This document shows positions 31,464 to 34,720 of a stretch of DNA of 34,720 nucleotides, one piece after another; position 1 is the stretch's first letter; each line of letters begins with the position of its first letter. Made by a program: the position numbers and the translations under genes. The notes below the pieces were generated by a model. That model saw nothing but the letters and a program-made list of their open reading frames with translations, was not told the DNA's origin and searched no databases. The stretch is from the NCBI GenBank assembly GCA_963743885.1, contig CAVURJ010000002.1, forward strand, positions 1 to 34,720, given 5' to 3'. The stretch comes from Candidatus Moraniibacteriota bacterium (lineage in GTDB: Bacteria; Patescibacteriota; Minisyncoccia; Moranbacterales; UBA1568).

Positions 31464-33158
31464 ATGATAAAGAACATGAAAGTGATTTTGGAGCAGAAAA
31501 TACGTGCGGCTATAGGCGCGTTGCAGGAAGAGGGAGCTCTGCCTGTTTTTGAGGCGCCTGAGATTCGCGTCACCCAGCCGAAGGACGAACAGTTTGGCGA
31601 GTATACGACCAATGTGGCGCTTGTGTTGGCAAAATTGGCTGGGAAGAGTCCTCGAGAGATAGCGGGGCTGATAGAATCTCGAATTTTGAATATGGAATCT
31701 CCCACCCCTCAGTCTCGCGGATTCGACAGCTCCCCTCGGGCAGGGGAGCAGGAAAAACTGTTTGAGAAAATCGAGGTGGCGGGGCCGGGACATCTGAATT
31801 TCTATCTTTCGCAGTCTGCCTTGCGTGGCGTTTTGTCGGAGGTTTTGGAGAAAGGCGGGGCGTATGGGGATGCTGATACGAAGAAGGATGGAAAGATAAA
31901 CAATGAGTTCATCTCGGCCAATCCGACCGGTCCACTCCATATCGGCAATGGTCGCGGTGGCATCTTCGGCGATGTGCTTGCGCGTGTGCTCCGTAAGGCG
32001 GGGTATGATGTCACGAACGAATATTACGTGAATGATGCTGGCGAGCAGGTATCGAAGCTTGGTCATAGCGTCCTGAAAGATGATGAAGCTGTGTATAACG
32101 GTGAATACGTTGAAACGCTCGCAGAGCGTTTTAACGAACAACGAACAACGAACAACGAACAACAAGAAGAGATTGTCCGCGAGGCGGGGGAATGGGCAGC
32201 GGAGATCGTGCTTGATGAATATATCAAGCCGACGCTTGAGGAGAGGCTTCATGTTGCGTTCGACGTTTTCACTTCGGAGCGGCGCGAGGTCGTCGAGAAG
32301 GGCTATGTCGACAAGGCACTCGGAATCCTGAAAGAGAAGGGTTTTACCTACGAATCAGAAGGCGCTCTCTGGCTCCGGACGACGGACTTCGGCGATGATA
32401 AGGACCGCGTGCTCGTGAAGGGCGACGGGTCGCGGACGTATTTTGCATCAGACTGTGGTTATTTGCTTTCCAAGATGGAACGAGGCTTCTCGCGGCTCAT
32501 ATTGACGCTCGGCGCGGATCATCATGGCTATAAGATGCGGCTTTTGGCGGCAGCGCAGGCGCTCGGCTTTGCAGGTAAGTTTGACTTTGTCTTCGTGCAG
32601 CTGGTTCGGCTCATGAAGGATGGCGAAGAGGTCCGTATGTCCAAGCGTGCCGGCAATGTCGTGACGATCGATGAACTGGTAGAATCGGTCGGTGCCGATG
32701 TGACTCGCTTTTTCTTCCTTATGTACGCGCCGGATACGCATATGAATTTCGATCTCGGGCTGGCCGAGGAACGGTCACAGAAGAACCCGGTCTTCTATGT
32801 GGAGTATGCACATGCCCGTCTCGCGAGCGTGCTCCGCAAGGCTGAAGAAGAGGGCTTCGTCGGGGAGGGTGCGGATCTTTCCCTGCTTGTCCATCCGAAG
32901 GAACGCGAGCTCGTTCGTGAGCTGCTTTTCTTTCCGGAGCTTGTCGAGGAAGTCGCAGCTGACTATGCTGTCCACAAGCTGCCGCAGTATGCGATTCGGC
33001 TTTCTGACAAGCTGCATTCCTTCTATGATGCCTGTCGTGTCCTGGATGCCGAGAATAGGGCATTGTCGCTGTCTCGTCTCGAGCTCATCAAAGCGGTGAA
33101 GGCTGTGTTGGCAGAGACACTCCATCTCATGGGTATCGATGCCCCGGAGAAGATGTGA
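31464..33158 (+). CDS. argS: Arginine--tRNA ligase, carrying in-frame repeat insertions
   Basis: ArgS motifs are present: SANPTGPLHIGNGRGG (HIGH region), MSKRAGN (KMSK-like) and the C-terminal anticodon-binding domain YAHARL. The start is ATG 31464 or 31476. Confidence 0.9.
   Translation: MIKNMKVILEQKIRAAIGALQEEGALPVFEAPEIRVTQPKDEQFGEYTTNVALVLAKLAGKSPREIAGLIESRILNMESPTPQSRGFDSSPRAGEQEKLFEKIEVAGPGHLNFYLSQSALRGVLSEVLEKGGAYGDADTKKDGKINNEFISANPTGPLHIGNGRGGIFGDVLARVLRKAGYDVTNEYYVNDAGEQVSKLGHSVLKDDEAVYNGEYVETLAERFNEQRTTNNEQQEEIVREAGEWAAEIVLDEYIKPTLEERLHVAFDVFTSERREVVEKGYVDKALGILKEKGFTYESEGALWLRTTDFGDDKDRVLVKGDGSRTYFASDCGYLLSKMERGFSRLILTLGADHHGYKMRLLAAAQALGFAGKFDFVFVQLVRLMKDGEEVRMSKRAGNVVTIDELVESVGADVTRFFFLMYAPDTHMNFDLGLAEERSQKNPVFYVEYAHARLASVLRKAEEEGFVGEGADLSLLVHPKERELVRELLFFPELVEEVAADYAVHKLPQYAIRLSDKLHSFYDACRVLDAENRALSLSRLELIKAVKAVLAETLHLMGIDAPEKM
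31705..31757. repeat. In-frame hairpin repeat, argS copy (short variant)
   Basis: The sequence is cccctcagtctcgcggattcgacagctcccctcgggcaggggagcaggaaaaa. Confidence 0.8.
32133..32160. repeat. Tandem heptanucleotide repeat (AACGAAC)x4 inside argS
   Basis: Read directly from the sequence. It translates as NEQRTTNNEQ. Confidence 0.9.
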
Positions 33159-33171
33159 TTTGCGGAGCAAA

Positions 33172-33250
33172 TCACCCTGTCATCGACTCTGAGGGATGAG
33201 CCCTCAGGCTCAGACTCGAAGAGAGTTTGTCGAAGGGTACGTCGAAGGAT
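33172..33250. repeat. Intergenic palindromic element related to the mnmA TIR element
   Basis: The sequence is tcaccctgtcatcgactctgagggatgagccctcaggctcagactcgaagagagtttgtcgaagggtacgtcgaagg. The minus-strand translation contains PFDKLSSSLSLRAHPSE. It shares the TCGACAA(A/G)CTC core with 15012-15024. Confidence 0.5.
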
Positions 33251-33431
33251 AAAAAATCAAAGTCTTGAAAAATGATCAATCGAATACCGCGGAAATACCG
33301 AGAAAAATATAAGCAGAAGCCGAGTTGGGATGAGGAGCTGGTGCAGTTCGCTGTGAAGGTCGTCGGATCGGCCTCGCTTTTTTTCATGTGTGCTATAGGC
33401 GCAGATATGTATAGGTTATTTCATTAGAGTT

Positions 33432-33995
33432 ATGATCACTTTTTATCTCGTCCGGCACGGGGAAGCCGAGAACAATGTCCGTCACATCCTGAATTCTTTG
33501 CCGGAAAAGAGCGAGTATCCGCTGACTGAGCGCGGACGCGAGCAGGTGGCTGTTTCATCTGCTCGTCTTGCCGGGAGCGGAGCGGATGTTATCTGGAGCT
33601 CGCCAATCCTGCGGGCGCGACAGACGGCCGAAATCATTTCCCAGGCGACTGGACTGACGGTGAATATCGATGACCGGCTGTGCGAGGTGCGTTTCGGTGT
33701 CTTCAATGGGCGGCAGCAGGAAGAGTTTCTCGCGAAGTATCCAGAGGCGGAAATGCGTCTCTCTCCTGATCCGGCCGATGGCGTCGAGAGTTATCTCGAT
33801 ATCCGGGCGCGTCTGACGACGTTTCTTTCTGATATGGAGGAGAAGCATGCTGGAAAAAAAGTAATCATCGTGTCGCACGGGGATACGCTCGAGCAGCTGC
33901 ACGGCATCCTGACAGAGGAGGCACCGGGCCGCTCGGCGACTGGCTGGTACCCGGAAAAGGGATCTTGTACGGAAGTCGTCTGGAAGGGTGTATAA
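33432..33995 (+). CDS. Histidine phosphatase family protein (phosphoglycerate-mutase-like)
   Basis: Family motifs are present: LVRHGEAENN, SSPILRARQTAEI and VSHGDTL. Confidence 0.8.
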   Translation: MITFYLVRHGEAENNVRHILNSLPEKSEYPLTERGREQVAVSSARLAGSGADVIWSSPILRARQTAEIISQATGLTVNIDDRLCEVRFGVFNGRQQEEFLAKYPEAEMRLSPDPADGVESYLDIRARLTTFLSDMEEKHAGKKVIIVSHGDTLEQLHGILTEEAPGRSATGWYPEKGSCTEVVWKGV

Positions 33996-34040
33996 TGGAG
34001 GTACCTCTCGAAAGAGGGTAATCCATCTAATACTAATCAT

Positions 34041-34448
34041 ATGGCAGGCGGTCTCGTGTGGAAGGATGAGTATAGCGTCGGCGTGGCGATGATTGATGCA
34101 CAGCATCAGATGTTCATCGGCATCATCAATGAGCTGTATGCGGCTATCATGTCAAAGAAAGAGAAGGATGTGCTTGATGACATCTTCAATCAGCTCGTTG
34201 CCTATACGCAGTTCCATTTCCAGACGGAAGAGCGGTATTTCGATGAGTTTGGCTATGAGGGCGCGGCGGAACACAAAGCAGCGCACAAGAGGCTCTGCGA
34301 TCAGATCGCTGATCTCCAGAAGCAGGAGAGCGATATCATGCAGGATCCTTTCAAGCTGCTCGATTTCCTCGAGGACTGGCTCATCGACCATATCATTGGT
34401 ATGGATAAGTTGTACGGTCCTTGCTTCAATGAGCATGGTCTGAAGTAG
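34041..34448 (+). CDS. Bacteriohemerythrin-like protein
   Basis: Hemerythrin motifs are present: WKDEYSVGVAMIDAQHQ, YTQFHFQTEERYF, EHKAAH and DWLIDHI. Confidence 0.85.
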   Translation: MAGGLVWKDEYSVGVAMIDAQHQMFIGIINELYAAIMSKKEKDVLDDIFNQLVAYTQFHFQTEERYFDEFGYEGAAEHKAAHKRLCDQIADLQKQESDIMQDPFKLLDFLEDWLIDHIIGMDKLYGPCFNEHGLK

Positions 34449-34482
34449 GTTCTTGTTGAGATTATCATTATCACAAGCAAGT

Positions 34483-34720
34483 ATGGTAAAGCTCGAATGG
34501 AAAGATGAATATAGCGTCGGCGTTGAGCTAATCGATGCCCAGCACAAGATGTTCGTTGGTATCGTTAATGAGCTCTACGAGGCGATCGTGACCAAGAAGG
34601 ATAAAGAGGCGCTTGATAACATCTTCAAGCAGCTCGTCGCGTACACCCAGTTCCACTTCCAGACAGAGGAGCGGTATTTCGATGAGTTTCAGTATGAGGG
34701 AGCTGAGGAACACAAGACGG
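34483..34720 (+). CDS. Second bacteriohemerythrin-like paralog, 3'-truncated by the window end
   Basis: ATG 34483 begins MVKLEWKDEYSVGVELIDAQHKMFVGIVNELYEAIV...YTQFHFQTEERYFDEFQYEGAEEHK, read in frame to the window edge. It is absent from the ORF track because no stop codon is reached. Confidence 0.8.
   Translation, partial: MVKLEWKDEYSVGVELIDAQHKMFVGIVNELYEAIVTKKDKEALDNIFKQLVAYTQFHFQTEERYFDEFQYEGAEEHKT

Noticed and set aside
33272-33427. A 51-aa ORF (MINRIPRKYREKYKQKPSWDEELVQFAVKVV...) as a possible transposase or HTH remnant.
   Set aside because: It is too short, has no RBS, and its resemblance to IS-type N-termini is vague. It may simply be intergenic sequence upstream of the histidine phosphatase gene.

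Overview
The window joins two very different sequence types. Positions 1-7805 are very GC-rich and actinobacterium-like. They carry recognisable genes: sulfotransferase, SGNH hydrolase, an HhH-GPD protein, aceE, an RNase HI-SLOG fusion, a J-domain protein and a hydantoinase N-terminus. Every one of these is split across reading frames, and the last is cut off mid-gene at about 7805. From about 7806 to the end the DNA is moderate to low in GC and looks like a small-genome Patescibacteria/CPR-type bacterium (an inference from gene content). Genes here include ferredoxin, dus, mnmA, mutY, an AI-2E transporter, lgt, a DsbA-like CPHC protein, two lysozyme/SLT-like paralogs, a GH-A glycosidase, a SpoU methylase, a HAD hydrolase, VanZ, rplT-rpmI-infC, ssrA (tmRNA)-smpB, argS, a histidine phosphatase and tandem hemerythrins. 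The features most worth follow-up are not the genes themselves. (1) Several families of short palindromic repeats are inserted in frame inside conserved housekeeping genes: three in mnmA, one in mutY and one in argS. This resembles the Rickettsia RPE situation. (2) An AT-rich palindromic intergenic repeat family occurs at five or more loci, and two inverted copies exactly bracket a glycoside hydrolase gene. (3) Heptanucleotide x4 tandem repeats lie inside mutY and argS. (4) An overlapping two-gene operon pairs an unknown protein with an atypical 4-Cys HhH-GPD glycosylase. (5) Intergenic regions contain candidate regulatory RNA and operator structures. (6) The composition break at about 7.8 kb is either an assembly chimera or integrated foreign DNA. 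All functional calls come from reading the ORF translations and recalling family motifs; no database search was possible.
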